The notes under the pieces were generated by a model that had not been told where the DNA came from, made no database searches, and saw only the letters and a program-made list of their open reading frames with translations. From assembly GCF_964213995.1 (NCBI RefSeq), contig NC_135816.1, positions 51,522,001 to 51,586,000 of the forward strand: a stretch of 64,000 nucleotides of DNA. Reading direction: 5' to 3'. Shown in pieces: positions 13,820 through 26,206 of the stretch. A program made the translations under genes and the position numbers. This DNA is from Mustelus asterias. Its lineage: Eukaryota. Position 1 is the stretch's first letter; each line of letters opens with the position of its first letter.

Positions 13820-14720
13820 TAGATGATGAGAGTAATTTGCATCTCCCTCAGCCTACTGCAAGGCACAGAGAGCAGCAGCAAGAGCAGGAAGGAAAAGTTG
13901 CTGGTAGAGGAAGGAAGGGAAGAAGGAGAAGGTCTCTCAGCAGGAGAGGTGTTCGAGGGGCAATTCTCCTACCTGAACCTCAGCAAGGAACAGTGCTTTG
14001 GTAATCTCCCCAACACTATGAGGTCTGCAGTGAAATCTGTCACCTGCTTTCGCCAATCTCAGAATGGTGCAAGGACCACATTGCCACTGGTTGTGAAGGT
14101 GATGTTGGCTGGAAAGAAACAGGCAGAGCAAGCACTTGGCATCGCAGGCCTCCCCATGGTGCAGGGTGCTATAGGCTGCACACAAAACACCTTGTGGTGC
14201 CACATGTCAACTCTGAGATGTACCAGAACCGAAAGTGATCCCTTAACATCCAGCTGCTGAGAGACCATACATAGCACATTATACAGGTGACTGCCCAGTG
14301 TTATGACAGCAGTCACAATGCCTGTATTCTGTGCTAGTCTAGTGTACCATCTGCATTTGAACCAAATTGGGTGACAAAGGCTATTTGCTGATCACATTGC
14401 TCCAGTGCACAAGCCACACATAGGTGAGCAGCCTTTATACAGCAAGAAACCATGTTGCCACACAACATGTCATTGAGCACTGGTGTGCTAAAACAATGCT
14501 TCCACTGACTGAACCTTACTGGAGGAGCCCTGCAGTCCTTAGCAGAGCATGTATAAAGATTCGGCGTGGTCTGCTGCATGCTGCACAACATGGCCATCAT
14601 GAGGCTATATGGTGGCCAACTGATGAGGAGAAGGGCGGTGGGGTGGAAGAAAGACGAAGGAAGAAGGCAACCCACTACTGCTCCCCTTTCTGGCCGAGTT
14701 GTCTGTGATCAACTCATCGA
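13820..14720 (+). mobile_element. Decayed PIF/Harbinger (HARBI1/DDE_Tnp_4-like) transposase relic
   Basis: VFEGQFSYLNLSKEQC, TTLPLVVKVMLA, GIAGLPMVQGAIGCT (cf. GFPxVxGAIDCTH) and RNHVATQHVIEH..LKQCF (cf. HxxTRxxIExxxGxLKxRFRCL). Catalytic Asp is mutated and the frame has deletions. Confidence 0.75.
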
Positions 14721-15810
14721 AAGCTACTAACAACATAAACATTCCAACAATTTTTATAACTCAAACATTGCATCAAAGTCAACTAATGACCCTAGTCATC
14801 AATGTGCCTTTGATTGTCCGAGTGTGCCTATGTAGTGCTACCCTTATGGCTGTAGTGTGTTAGTGGAAGGTTGCTGACTTTTATCTTGTGGGGATGGGGG
14901 GGTGGGTGAAATTGCAAATAGTCCTACAGAATAACCTCGAGCTGCCTTGGGGCCTAAAGGCCAAACTTTGGACCACAACATCGCAGCATGGATCACAACA
15001 GTTTGGGCTTGCTGATTCACAGTGAGGTGGCAATTACTTTGGTATGGTTGAGACCAACATTACAGTGGCAATAACCATTCAGAAATTTGTGGAGATTTAG
15101 AACTCATAGCCAATCTGTCACAAATTGCTCTGTTGTCTTTTAAAGACACTAACTGTTAGCACTATGAACATACCAATATTTTGTCCAACAATTTCTGGGT
15201 CATTGATTCTCAAGTAAAATTCTGCATGATGTAGCAAATTCAAAGAGTGAGATTTGATGCAAGATGAACTTCTATGACCATACAGTTATTTTGGATTATA
15301 TATATGAGGCAAATCTGGCAACATAGCAATCTGCAAACTTGCATTTCTGATTTAAAACCTCATGTATATTAGAATGAGAGGACATGTATGAGAGTATTCT
15401 TATAAGTTACCCCAGATAGGAATATAGGTGGTGCTGTTGCACATCTATTTCTCTTTTTCCTCTAGTCCAAATCATTGTGGTAACTTAATGCATAAGATTA
15501 CCATTTATGGGGCACATCATCATTAGTCAATAACTGGCATGAAATCTAAAGTGTGTGTTTATGTATGTATGCATGTATCTATGTGTGCGCGTGTGGTGTG
15601 CGTAAGTTTGTCTGTTTAGTGTGTGGGTGTGTGTTTGTGTGCATGCATTTGTCTGTCAGGAAAGTGATACTCAATCTCTCTCAGCTTTCATTGATGCATC
15701 ATGCCCAAATTCCCTTCCACTTACAGTAACACTACATACACAACAGGAGTGAACAGTCCAGCTTCAATGCATTTGAGTGAGTTTGTCTGTGTGTGAGTTG
15801 TGAGTTAATC

Positions 15811-15848
15811 TGTGTATGTGTGTGTGTGTGTGTGTGTGTGCGTGCGTG
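15811..15848. repeat. (TG)n microsatellite, with degenerate TG-rich tracts at about 15550-15655
   Basis: Read directly: tgtgtatgtgtgtgtgtgtgtgtgtgtgtgcgtgcgtg. Confidence 0.95.
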
Positions 15849-16833
15849 CCTCACCAACCTTATAACCAATGTCCTCATAACTGTTACCCCCCTTGCTGTT
15901 CTGCCAGATGAAGTGAGCATGCAGCAGGCTTCCCATCCTCTGCTCATCCATTTTTGGGCATAAAGTGAATTTTTCAGCCCTGGCACAATGCTTTCTCTAA
16001 TTTACTGTGGACCCCCGCTTACATACAGCCTGTCTGCTCCTTTAACAGCATGGTCCCAATTGCTGCACACCCACATCCTCATGGCTCAGAGGGAACACTG
16101 ATCAGGAATCTGGTTTTGCTTGGGGAAGGTATACATTCAATGGCTATTTTTGTCACCATGCCTTAATCTGGAGTTCACACTTCTACCTTGCTACTTTTAC
16201 ATGGTGGGTATATATATTTGTATATCACATGAGCATATATAATATATATTCACACACACATATATATCCAAGAACGGAAAACTGGAAAAGAAACAATAAT
16301 TGCAGAACCTCAAGCGATTCTGTTCCTTACATCTGTTAGTCCTAACTCCAATGACTCATTATCCACATGCTCATTATTTGCTCAGTGTACGATAATAAGC
16401 TCTATTCTGGAGAAGAAGCCGGAAAAAGGAAGTGGTACCATGAGGCCAAACCACTTCAAGTAATGAAAAGTTGACTAAGATGGTAGTTTTTGTACAAGGA
16501 AACATACATCATAACCCTCTATATTTATCTGGCTGGAGTTTAACCATTTAAATACAAAATTCTCTGTAGGTCTGTTAATACTGTATTAACAGTGGTTTGT
16601 TCCAAGCATCACCAGTGACAACGGTTCTCACTGTTAACAGGTAAGATGCTGTAAAATTGCATAACTGACTTGTAGCATGTTAACCTTTTTCTACGGTCAA
16701 CTTGAAGGGCAAAACAAAAATCACAGCAAGCAGCAGCATTTGATATGCCTGACTGAAATGAACAATTCTGTACCACACCAAATCTTTAGCTGAAGTTGCA
16801 TTCATAGTGCAGGGAATTCTTGAACTGGCCTGT

Positions 16834-17174
16834 AATCATAGAAATCATAGAAACCCTACAGTACAGAAGGAGGCCATTCGGCCCATCGAGTCTGCACCAA
16901 CCACAATCCCACCCAGGCCCTACCCCCACATATTTACCCACTAATCCCTCTAACCTATGCATCTCAGGACTCTAAGGGGCAATTTTTAACCTGGCCAATC
17001 AACCTAACCCGCACATCTTTGGACTGTGGGAGGAAACCAGAGCACCCGGAGGAAACCCACGCAGACACGAGGAGAATGTGCAAACTCCACACAGACAGTG
17101 ACCCGAGCCGGGAATCGAACCCGGGACCCTGGAGCTGTGAAGCAGCAGTGCTAACCACTGCGCTACCGTGCCGC
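16834..17174 (-). mobile_element. Young full-length HE1-type V-SINE
   Basis: Nearly identical to the copy at 33590-33934 in reverse orientation; intact A/B boxes and (tttctatga)n tail. Confidence 0.95.
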
Positions 17175-17311
17175 TCAGATTTCTGGACAAGATTTTAGGG
17201 CAGCATGGTGGCACAGTGATTACCACTGCTGCCCAACAGTGCCTGGGACTTGGGTTCAATTCCGGCTTCAGGTGAGTGCCTGAGTGGAGTTTATGCATTC
17301 TCCCTGTGTCT
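17173..17311 (+). repeat. 139-bp duplicate of 18401-18539 (unique flank plus SINE 5' part)
   Basis: Direct alignment at offset 1228 with 3 mismatches. Confidence 0.95.
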
Positions 17312-18425
17312 TCTTAACAGGAGATGAGAGTTTAAGTTATGGACAACACAAGTGTTTGCTTTTTTTCAACTCTTCCAATGAGCTCTATTCCCTTTTCCCT
17401 CACGTACTTATTGAGCTTCACCTGAAGTGTCTCAACTACTCCTTAAAGTTCTTTTACTGTTCTTGGTTGCGCCTGCCATTTAAACCACAAGAAGGTTTTG
17501 AAATTGAGCGTTCCTTAAGCTGGTTTTGAATGGGCTGCATGATTTTATATGCTGCTCATGAGATGCACCCTGAGATCCACGTGGGTAGCCCCCTCCACAT
17601 GTGCCTAGGCACCTTTGCCACCTGGATTTCACAAAAGAGGCCATTGGAGAATTTGACCATCTGCGACAGAATGACAGCTGGAACAAGTCCACAGAAATGG
17701 AGATTATCACAAGAGTCGATCTACCGGATTTTTCAAAGCCACCCAAGGGACATTTTGCACAGCTGGATGGCTGTCTGCAGTGCCCACAGGTAACAAGTAA
17801 TGTGCCCTGTGTTTGCAGGCACCACACCATCAGCAATTGCCCTCTGAAAAGGTGTCAGCCAGACAAGCAAGTTTTCACCAAATGACAAGATTTCTCAAGT
17901 GCAAGACACGATATATGGTCTCTGCCAATGGACAGATTGAAGCATACACATGCAAAAGACAGAAATATTTTATTCAGATCACAAGGAAGTACTATTATTA
18001 TATCCCCAAGTCATGTTATCTCACAGGTAGAGGTATAGGACCATGTGACTCCTATAAAAACTCCAATTAGGAGCAAAGAAATTCAGACCCATGTCCTGGA
18101 ACAACTGAAACCACTAAACCTGAGAGGGGAGCAATGGTAGACCTCAATGTGTAACAGTAGTTGTTGTGGCTCCAAATAGGGCTAACTTTCTTTTAGTGCA
18201 ATCCTGCAGCAGAACTTCTGAACTCTACAGAATAACAGGAGCAGTGTTCTCCACAAGTCTCCACTGTGACTTTGTAAACAATTAATGCACAATTCTGCCA
18301 TCATCAATGCTTCACGTTAAAGTTGGGCCCTTTAAGAGTTGGCACCCCATTGGAATTTATGTCCTCCACCACCCTCAATCCCAATTCAGCTGTTCTACAA
18401 GCTCAGATTTCTGGACAAGATTTTA

Positions 18426-18749
18426 GGGCAGCACGGTGGCACAGTGATTACCACTGCTGCCCAACAGTGCCTGGGACTTGGGTTCAATTCCGGCTTCAGG
18501 TGAGTGCCTGTGTGGAGTTTATACATTCTCCCTGTGTCTGCATAGGTTTCCTCCCACAGTTCAAAGATGTGCAGGTTAGGTGGATTGGCCATGCTAAATT
18601 GTCCCTCAGTGTCCAAAAGATGTATAGGTTACAGGGATTAGCAGGGTAAATGTGTGGGGTTATTGGGATAGGGCCTGGGTGGGATTGTTGTCGGTGCAGA
18701 CTCAATGGGGCGAATGGCCTCCTGCAATGTAGGGATTCTCTGATTCTAT
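18426..18749 (+). mobile_element. HE1-type V-SINE (older, diverged)
   Basis: gggcagcacggtggcacagtg head, V core, tagggattct tail. Confidence 0.9.
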
Positions 18750-19001
18750 CTGGCAGAAGATTCAACCTTTGTGGGAGTGTTCTCCTGCTGCCAGATCAAC
18801 AAATTTTCTTTGCCATTCGCACAAAATTATATGAAAATAACATTTAATAAAATAAGTTCAATTTATAACTTAAAATTGCATACAGGGCATTTCACCAAGA
18901 TATAATGAAGTAAGGATAAGCCCACAGTCATGAAGTCCTATACCACAAATTTCCCTCGTATCATTGTAAAATAAGGAATCACATTAGGGTCTTTGACTCA
19001 C

Positions 19002-19119
19002 CTGATCTTCCACCAGCCTTCCAGGTTCTTCTGTATAACCTCCACCACTGCACCCCTTTCCAAGTCAATCTCATCATTATCTCTTGCTGAGTATGGATAG
19101 ATGACAATAAAATTCTCTT
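19002..19119 (-). CDS. SH3PXD2B: SH3PXD2B exon (118 nt): first part of SH3-2
   Basis: ttttttccag|AAGAG...ATCAG|gtgagt; phase 1-2; (E)[38 protein letters not shown](R). Confidence 0.96.
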
Positions 19120-19829
19120 CTGGAAAAAAACAAGTTTATATGACATTTACAATCAAAAAAGCACATGTCATGCAGGAGACCAGTATTTATGCAGCCAGCA
19201 AAATTGAACTATGATTAATAATGATGCTTGAAGCTCTGTAAAATTAATTCACATAAAAAGCTCAACATAAAAAGCTCAATGCACATGACCAACAATTTCA
19301 TCAGTGTGGAATTTTACAGTAAAGCACATTTGTTTTGATTCAGGGCAATTTTTTTTTAAAGTGTTAACACTTCATGCTGCAGCAGGAGGCAGGGTGGAAG
19401 AAAGGGCTGGTTGCGTAGGAGAAAGACTGCAGGAAATATGAACACCATGCAAGGTTTTTAATTACATTTCCACTATCCAGATGTTGTGGCAAATTTCATC
19501 AGAGAAATGAATAATCATTGTGCCTCAGTCCCCTGACATAAACTATTGCATGCATTGAGGAAAGCAATTTCTGACCATTCTGCACAGGAAGTAATGTCAG
19601 CATTTCACTTTTGCCAGAGCACTTAGGGACTTTTGGCAAAAGTGAAGAAACAGACTACTCCCGTTATGAGATAAAACATTGAACTGAAGTCTTATTTAAC
19701 TGGTTTAATTCTTCAGCTCATTCATTGCCAGTTTTGGACCTGACCTTGGGAACAGACATAAGGGTTAGGATCGGGAGGCTATGTCGACCTATAAGGATTA
19801 GGATAGGGAGGTAAGTCACAATCCTTACT

Positions 19830-20128
19830 TTATAGCTCCTGCTCCTTCTAGTATCATGGCCTTAGTGGGCATTGGCAACCATGGACTTCCATTGGATTGG
19901 TCCATGATTAGGCTTGGCAAAGTATTGCAGAGCCTAGTGCGGTATGGTTGACGAGGAAACTCTTCTGCTATTACTATCTGTCATCAGGTGTAATGGGAGG
20001 ATTTCTACAGTGATAATCAACCTCTTTAGCTACATTATAAACACGCCATCATGGTCATCAAGTCCTGAAGTGGGGCTTGAACCTGGAGCTTCTAGTCCAT
20101 AGGTAGTGACGCTGCCACTGTGCCACAA
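19830..20128 (-). mobile_element. Probable old tRNA-derived SINE (different family)
   Basis: The minus strand begins gtggcacagtggcagcgtcac...ccaggttcaagcccc (A/B-box-like). The 3' boundary is uncertain. Confidence 0.4.
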
Positions 20129-20779
20129 GGTAGCCTTTACTTTATTTCACAGGGGCAATTAGTATTTATTAAATTTAAGGGGCACCTATAATTTTAATGC
20201 TTTCTCACAGCAGTGCAAAATATTATTGCTGCTTTCCCCTGTATAAAAGAATGAATGCAATGAATTACAACTTTATTTGATAGTACATCAATTTGACTGG
20301 AACTACAGAGGGCTAGGGCAACATAACTGAGGAGTCTATTGTATGTCTATTGTAGGGAAAAGTCTTGAAGTTGGATATAGATCTGGTAAGAGAGGCATCC
20401 TGCTCAAACTTAAAAATAGTAATGCAGCTTATCAAAAGCTACTTATCTAAAGCCATTTGTTACAGGACCAAAAATGTGTGCCCTTCCACTCCTGTAATTA
20501 GTTTGGGGAAATAGTGCCTAGATGGGTTAGAAATTAGGCAAGACCTTGGATATGGTGGGTCTCATTTTGCACTGGAATTCTCTCCCAACCTTGTGGAAGT
20601 AAAGCCTTAACTTATCCCCAACAAGGTCAGCTATGTAGGGGGCCGAAGGGGGAAAGGACAGGGACATTTCACGTCAAAGGTTTCCGTGACCCTTGTTTCT
20701 TAAAGTTGGAGCATCAAGCTAGGGCAGAACTGTAGACTAGAAGGAGGTAACAAAAACAATACAAAGAGAATTCAAGATG

Positions 20780-21500
20780 ACTTGCCCCTTGGTTAGCTGG
20801 CGATAAATGAATTTCAGTGTAAATAAATACAATGTTCTTTATATTTTGGATGTTCAATAGGAATCATATACTCCATGAGTGGAATAGAACTTGTGTGGAC
20901 GTCCGAAAGAGACATAATGGCATTAGTGGAACTGTCACTTGCCGTGTCTGATGTGAAGTAGCGATAATGAAAGTAAAGAAAATGCTGACTCGGCCCCTAA
21001 GTTCAAATTCCCCATAGGCATGCTGAACCATCACATCCAAACTTTAGAGCATGCACAAGAGATTAATCCCAATAATCAAAGGGTACACTATGAGGGACTA
21101 TTCAATAAATTAGTCACAAAAGAGATATTTCAGTGCAGACCCACAGGTAAATAAGATAGTGAATAGAGTATAGGAAAGTAAACTCGAAACATTACGTTAT
21201 GGTATGTAAACAAAGTAGAACAAAAAGGCTTAGATTCAGGATTGGTGAAGGGCAAATTTGGAAAAGACACCTGAAAGATAGTGATAAACAGCTGGAATAG
21301 GATGTCATGAACATCAGTCAAGGCTAACTGACATATTTAAGCAACTCTAGATACCAGATGGGAAGACGGTAGATTTGAAATTCTGGAACAGCAAGATCTA
21401 AAATTGGTGAAGGGAATTTTTCATCTGAATTTAGGAGCTTGTGAAAGCACATTAACAGGTTATTGCATTAGGCCTTATCGTACATATAGATTAGACAGTT
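20780..21500 (+). mobile_element. Highly decayed LINE (CR1-like) 3' fragment
   Basis: Degenerate remnants resembling W.M.F.V.KC.V, RA.RLIP and Y.ERL motifs. Confidence 0.4.
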
Positions 21501-21870
21501 ACAAAATGGCTTTCCTCTTCAAATAGGTCAATATCTGCTGGACAGCTAACATGACATTGTTAAGCTTACATTACAGCAAAGCATGGTTTTATGGAAAACG
21601 CCATTATAAACTGAATTGCACAGTTGTATCTATTGGATAAAAGGTTCAGCAGTCTATGAACATAGGAGAAGTAGACAAAGCTACCTTTAACTCCAGATTC
21701 TAACTGAGGTACATTGCTAATGCAAACATAAAATTACATTAAAAGAGCAAATTCTGCTAAACATGTTCATGCAAAACACGTAAATGAGACACAAGTGCAG
21801 CACATATATACATACAGCAAGCAACGACAAACACAGACTACTGTAACAGCAAGCACTTGTCTCCATCCAC

Positions 21871-21954
21871 CTTGGCCCCAAACACTGATGTACAAATCTC
21901 CTAAAGTCCGTCGACGGCCCACATGTCTTGGCAGAGACCAGAATGTCTTAGGGA
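21871..21954 (-). CDS. SH3PXD2B: Candidate 84-nt alternative (cassette) exon of SH3PXD2B between SH3-1 and SH3-2
   Basis: ttcctactccccaacatgctgtcag|TCCCT...GCCAAG|gtggat; phase 1-1, 28 codons, no stop: VPKTFWSLPRHVGRRRTLGDLYISVWGQ. Same position and length as the Tks5 insert containing RRWTLG (from memory). TGCATG lies about 100 nt downstream. Confidence 0.8.
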
Positions 21955-22880
21955 CTGACAGCATGTTGGGGAGTAGGAAGTGATCACAGAGTACAAAAAG
22001 CTCATTAATGATTCATCATGTCACTGTGATAAAATTGCTATTGTTAAAATATTAGAATGGGCAGTCAAAACTCCTGACCCATTGATAAGTAGAATCATAC
22101 TTGCAAGATGAACAGGAAATGCCCGATACATATTAAATCACATTATTTTATTCGCGAACAAGTCCCTGCGACGGATGTATTTTTAAAAAAAAATGTATTT
22201 AAAAGCATTAAGGTGACAAACTAAGTGGAGACATGATGACATCTGAATATATAGTGGCCAAGACAAATAAAACAGTACCTGTTGTTACAAAAGTCAAACA
22301 TTAAGATAAGGAAATGTTCCTTATTCTTTTGAAGTGGTTAAGTGGTTCTAGCAAAAATAATTGATTCTATAGTCTATAATCTTCCAGTCCTGCTGCTGTG
22401 AATGGGGGTTTTCCCATTGTTTGCGCACTGCGGCTGGTGGAGTGGGGGGGGGGGGGGGGGGGGGAGGGGTTGCTGTCAGCGGGATCAGAAAACGGCTGGA
22501 AAATCCTGCCCTTTGATTCAAACCTGGGTAGAAACAAACTTCCACCCTAATGCCAGTGGCAAATTTCCAAGCACTCAAAGAAAATTGCATTCCAAATTGA
22601 CAGGAGCCATTTTTATCGGATTGCTGTTTGTTTTTAAAATGTTTGAGATTACTTTTACATATTGGAGATTTGGGAATTTTTAACATCTTTAGTTTGGTTT
22701 AAGAGCATTTTTTGTGTTTCCATATAAAATATATGCTTGTACATAATGGTAGTTTGATAATATTCCAGCATTAAAAAATAAAGTGTTCATTCAGTTCCAG
22801 AGTAAAGCTAAAAATAAGCCTTTCAAGTTGTAACACAAGTATTATCTGAATACAACTCTTTGTTAGTTTTGGCTGCTTAC

Positions 22881-22994
22881 CTTCCCCTGGCTTGGCACTA
22901 ACAATTGAAAGGTCATCCTGAGCTCCATCCTGGGCCTCCAGACACGTGGCAGGGACCCAACCCTGCTCATCAGCTGTGCTCACAAACCACCATC
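22881..22994 (-). CDS. SH3PXD2B: SH3PXD2B exon (114 nt): second half of SH3-1
   Basis: gcttccag|GATGG...GGAAG|gtaagc; phase 1-1; (G)[43 protein letters not shown] is Tks4-type. Confidence 0.96.
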
Positions 22995-24565
22995 CTGGAA
23001 GCACAAGAACTTCATTTCACCAAACACATCAATCTATTTAATAACTGCTTAATGCATTTGGTATCATTACTGTTCCAGCTGATTGTTCCCTCAGCGCCTT
23101 AATATTCCAGTGCTGCATTACTGTTTCATTTCATTCCACACACAGTCTCTCTATCTCCACGCTTGCTGCTTTAGTTGGCTGGGCAGAATTATCACGATCT
23201 AAAGACTTCTTCCATTGCTGTAGTCTAACATCTCTCTTTCCGGGGTTGGGGAAGTGGCCATTTGAATTAAATGATGCTTCTATGGAACAAACTAAATGAA
23301 TGCTTCTATGGAACAAACGCTCACTGTAAAAGTTAAAATTAGCCCAAAGCAAGTACGTTGGGCTCACAACACATGCTTCTAGTGAAGGGCAAATTGCTTG
23401 CCCACTTCATTGCTTGCCTCAGAAATTAGATTGCGTCTGAAAATAGGTACACAAGGTATGGGGTGTGCAATGCGAGTGCAGGCACACGTAATATCCTCTT
23501 ACTTTATACGCGAAGACAGATTAAATAGCATTATCAACATAACCCTTGGAAGAAATGGTCTCAGGGAAATAATGGCCTCCAAGAAGAAGACCTAAGATAG
23601 CAGAAGTAAAATTGGAAAATGGGGGAAGGAATAATCATGATTATTATCTTGTATTACATTTTACTGATACAGATTAGCAATCATATTCTACAAAGGGGCT
23701 AGAATTTGGGTGACCAAGCTACACTTATTTCATGATTAGTATAAACCAATTCATCAACTCAACTTAGTTAAGAGAGTTACAACGGAATGGAACTGTAGCA
23801 TGAACAAATGGAGATGGAACACTGCCAACAGTCTAGACTTATTTCCTTACAATCCAGATTGCCTTGAATCTGTTCCATGTTTGTGTCAATGCCTTTTCAC
23901 TGTGGACTGACCCCTATTATTTCCTTCTGTTTGTACAGGGTTATTGCTTTACATTATGACTTTTCCATACATCTTTAAATGACAACATTGAGCTCAATAT
24001 CAAGAAACACAGAACATCATAAATCATGGCGTTAGATAAACATATTCCTTTTGTTTCTGTAATCGAAACACATGGATTATAATTAATGGGTAAGGGAGAA
24101 CCTATATTTTATCATATGTTACATTGTATATCAATCATTTCCTAGCCATCTTCAATTTTTTTATAGCTATGAAAAATGATGACATATTGTTCAGATAATT
24201 TCATTTTAAATATTTTCTTTTATATTACAGAATATAAAAGATAATGATTTTATTCCACCAAATATGAAACATCTTTTTTTTTGGCTATCACAGAAAATGA
24301 AGTAAATTGAGGAAAGCCGACTTCTGTAACTCCCCAAATCATCAGGACACAAATTCGGAGAGATTGGAAAGTGCTGGAGAGCAAGTTGGTCCGAGATGCA
24401 CATCCTTGCACTTGATTGGAATAGCACAGCCCTGCTCAACTGCTTAATAACAAATATATATTATGCAGCTGATCGGGAGGGAGAAAAAGTCAAAGCGAAT
24501 ACAAAAATCGAACTTCTATTTAAAAAGGGAAAAATTAACACCCATTCTCAATCCATATAACTCTT

Positions 24566-25010
24566 GGGGGAGGGGGACCTTACCAGCTTGTCATGCCGGT
24601 CAATCAGCATGGTGAGCCGGTAAGATTGTGAGGGGGCAAAAAATCAGGATCGCTCCTGGTTTCTTGCCTCTTGCAATATTACCGGTCCTGTTAAGCCGGC
24701 ATAATCAGCCTCGCGCCTGTGAAGGGCATGAGGCTGATTCAAATTTTTATAAGTCAATTTAAATATGATTAGTGAACCCAGGACACAATCGTCTAGGCTC
24801 AGTTGCCTAAACAGCCTTGCCAGTGGAGGTCCTCACGGGCGAGGAACACATATAGTCCCACCAATGGGGACCAGATGTGATGGTCTCACCGGTGGGACTA
24901 GAGGCCATTGAAACCCCCTGGTGGTCATGGGCAGACCTTGATAGTACCCCTTGTCCAGTGCCAGCCTGGAACTGCCCACCTGATAACCTGGCACTGCTCA
25001 CTGCAATCTC
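24566..25010 (+). mobile_element. Partial GC-rich MITE (same family as 42538 and 56584)
   Basis: gggg..accttacc terminus and shared internal motifs (tttaaatatgattagtga, tggggaccag.tg). Confidence 0.6.
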
Positions 25011-26206
25011 CCAATGTACAATGTACTGTGTACTCTTGAAAAAAGGATAAAAAGGAAAATGGATTGAAGACGCACCTGAGAACTCAGAACACCATGGGTA
25101 CAGCAGACGCAAGCTGAGACATAGACCAGGAGTCTGGACAGATTGAGCACAGATCACAATCTACAAGGCAAACCACTAAATAAGCAACAGATCTTGAGCT
25201 TAGGATAAGTAAGGAGTCTACAAAGCCACTCCCAGAACATTTCCAAAGGGCTCAAGTCTGTCAACAAGCTCAACATTGAGACAACTGGAGAAAGTGATTT
25301 TCCATATACAGAACATCTTCAGGTTTACACAACATGGAACAAAAGGATCAGGTCAGTACTCTTTTGTATGCAGTAGGAGCTATTGGAAACGATATAATGA
25401 TGAGATAGGGAGTCGATGTGGCTTCATGCTCTTACAATTGAGTCTTCCAGGCACTCCATGCAAACTTCAGTGTTCAAATCATGGAAAAAGCAACATTTAA
25501 TCAGAGGAAAACAAAAACTGGGTGAATGCATTGATGTATTCATAATTGACCTGTTTAGGCTGTGAGAAATTTACAACTATAGAGATGAATAATAATGGTT
25601 AGCATATTAGCTGAAGCTCCATTACACCTCTTGCAAACGAGGGAACATTTAACTCTCAGTGGCATGAGATAGCATGATAGACCAAGCTTAGGAAGTAAAA
25701 AGGAGCTGTTCTTCATGAGAAAAGTGACGTCCTTTGGAAAAGGAGTGAGCAAGGCCATTCAATATATTGAACTGAAATGAGAAAGTGCATTAAAGCAAAA
25801 GCCTGTGAAATTGAGGAAAGGCTGTCAACATCATCTTAAAATGCTTAGGTATGGTGGAAAATACCTGCAGATGTGGGAAGAATGCTCAGTGTGGGCACAA
25901 AGTGCCACAACTGCGGAAAGTCAGGACATTTTAAATTTGTGTGCCAATTTAAAATACAAGTAGCTCACAAGGAATGAAAGAAAATAACATGGCCAAATCA
26001 AATACGGCAAGTGGAGGAATCACAGAAAAAACAACCTTCTTAGGAGAAGTTTAACAAAAGAGATAATAACCACTGGAACATTAAGTTAGAAGTGGATAGA
26101 CACCCATAGATACAGAGTTTAAAATCAGACACAGGTGCAGGTGTTTCAGTCTTATCTTAAGTAAAGTAGCTTAGAAAATATTACATTACAGCTATTCTTC
26201 ACATAG

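Noticed and set aside
16964-17158. Recurring small ORF family MVSTAASQ...SLSVWSLHILLVSAWVSSG (also 33608, 13389, 7634)
   Set aside because: These are translations of repeated SINE copies, not a gene family.
17312-18070. Several overlapping ORFs that might be a transposon or gene fragment
   Set aside because: No motif I can recognise in any frame; a database search would be needed.
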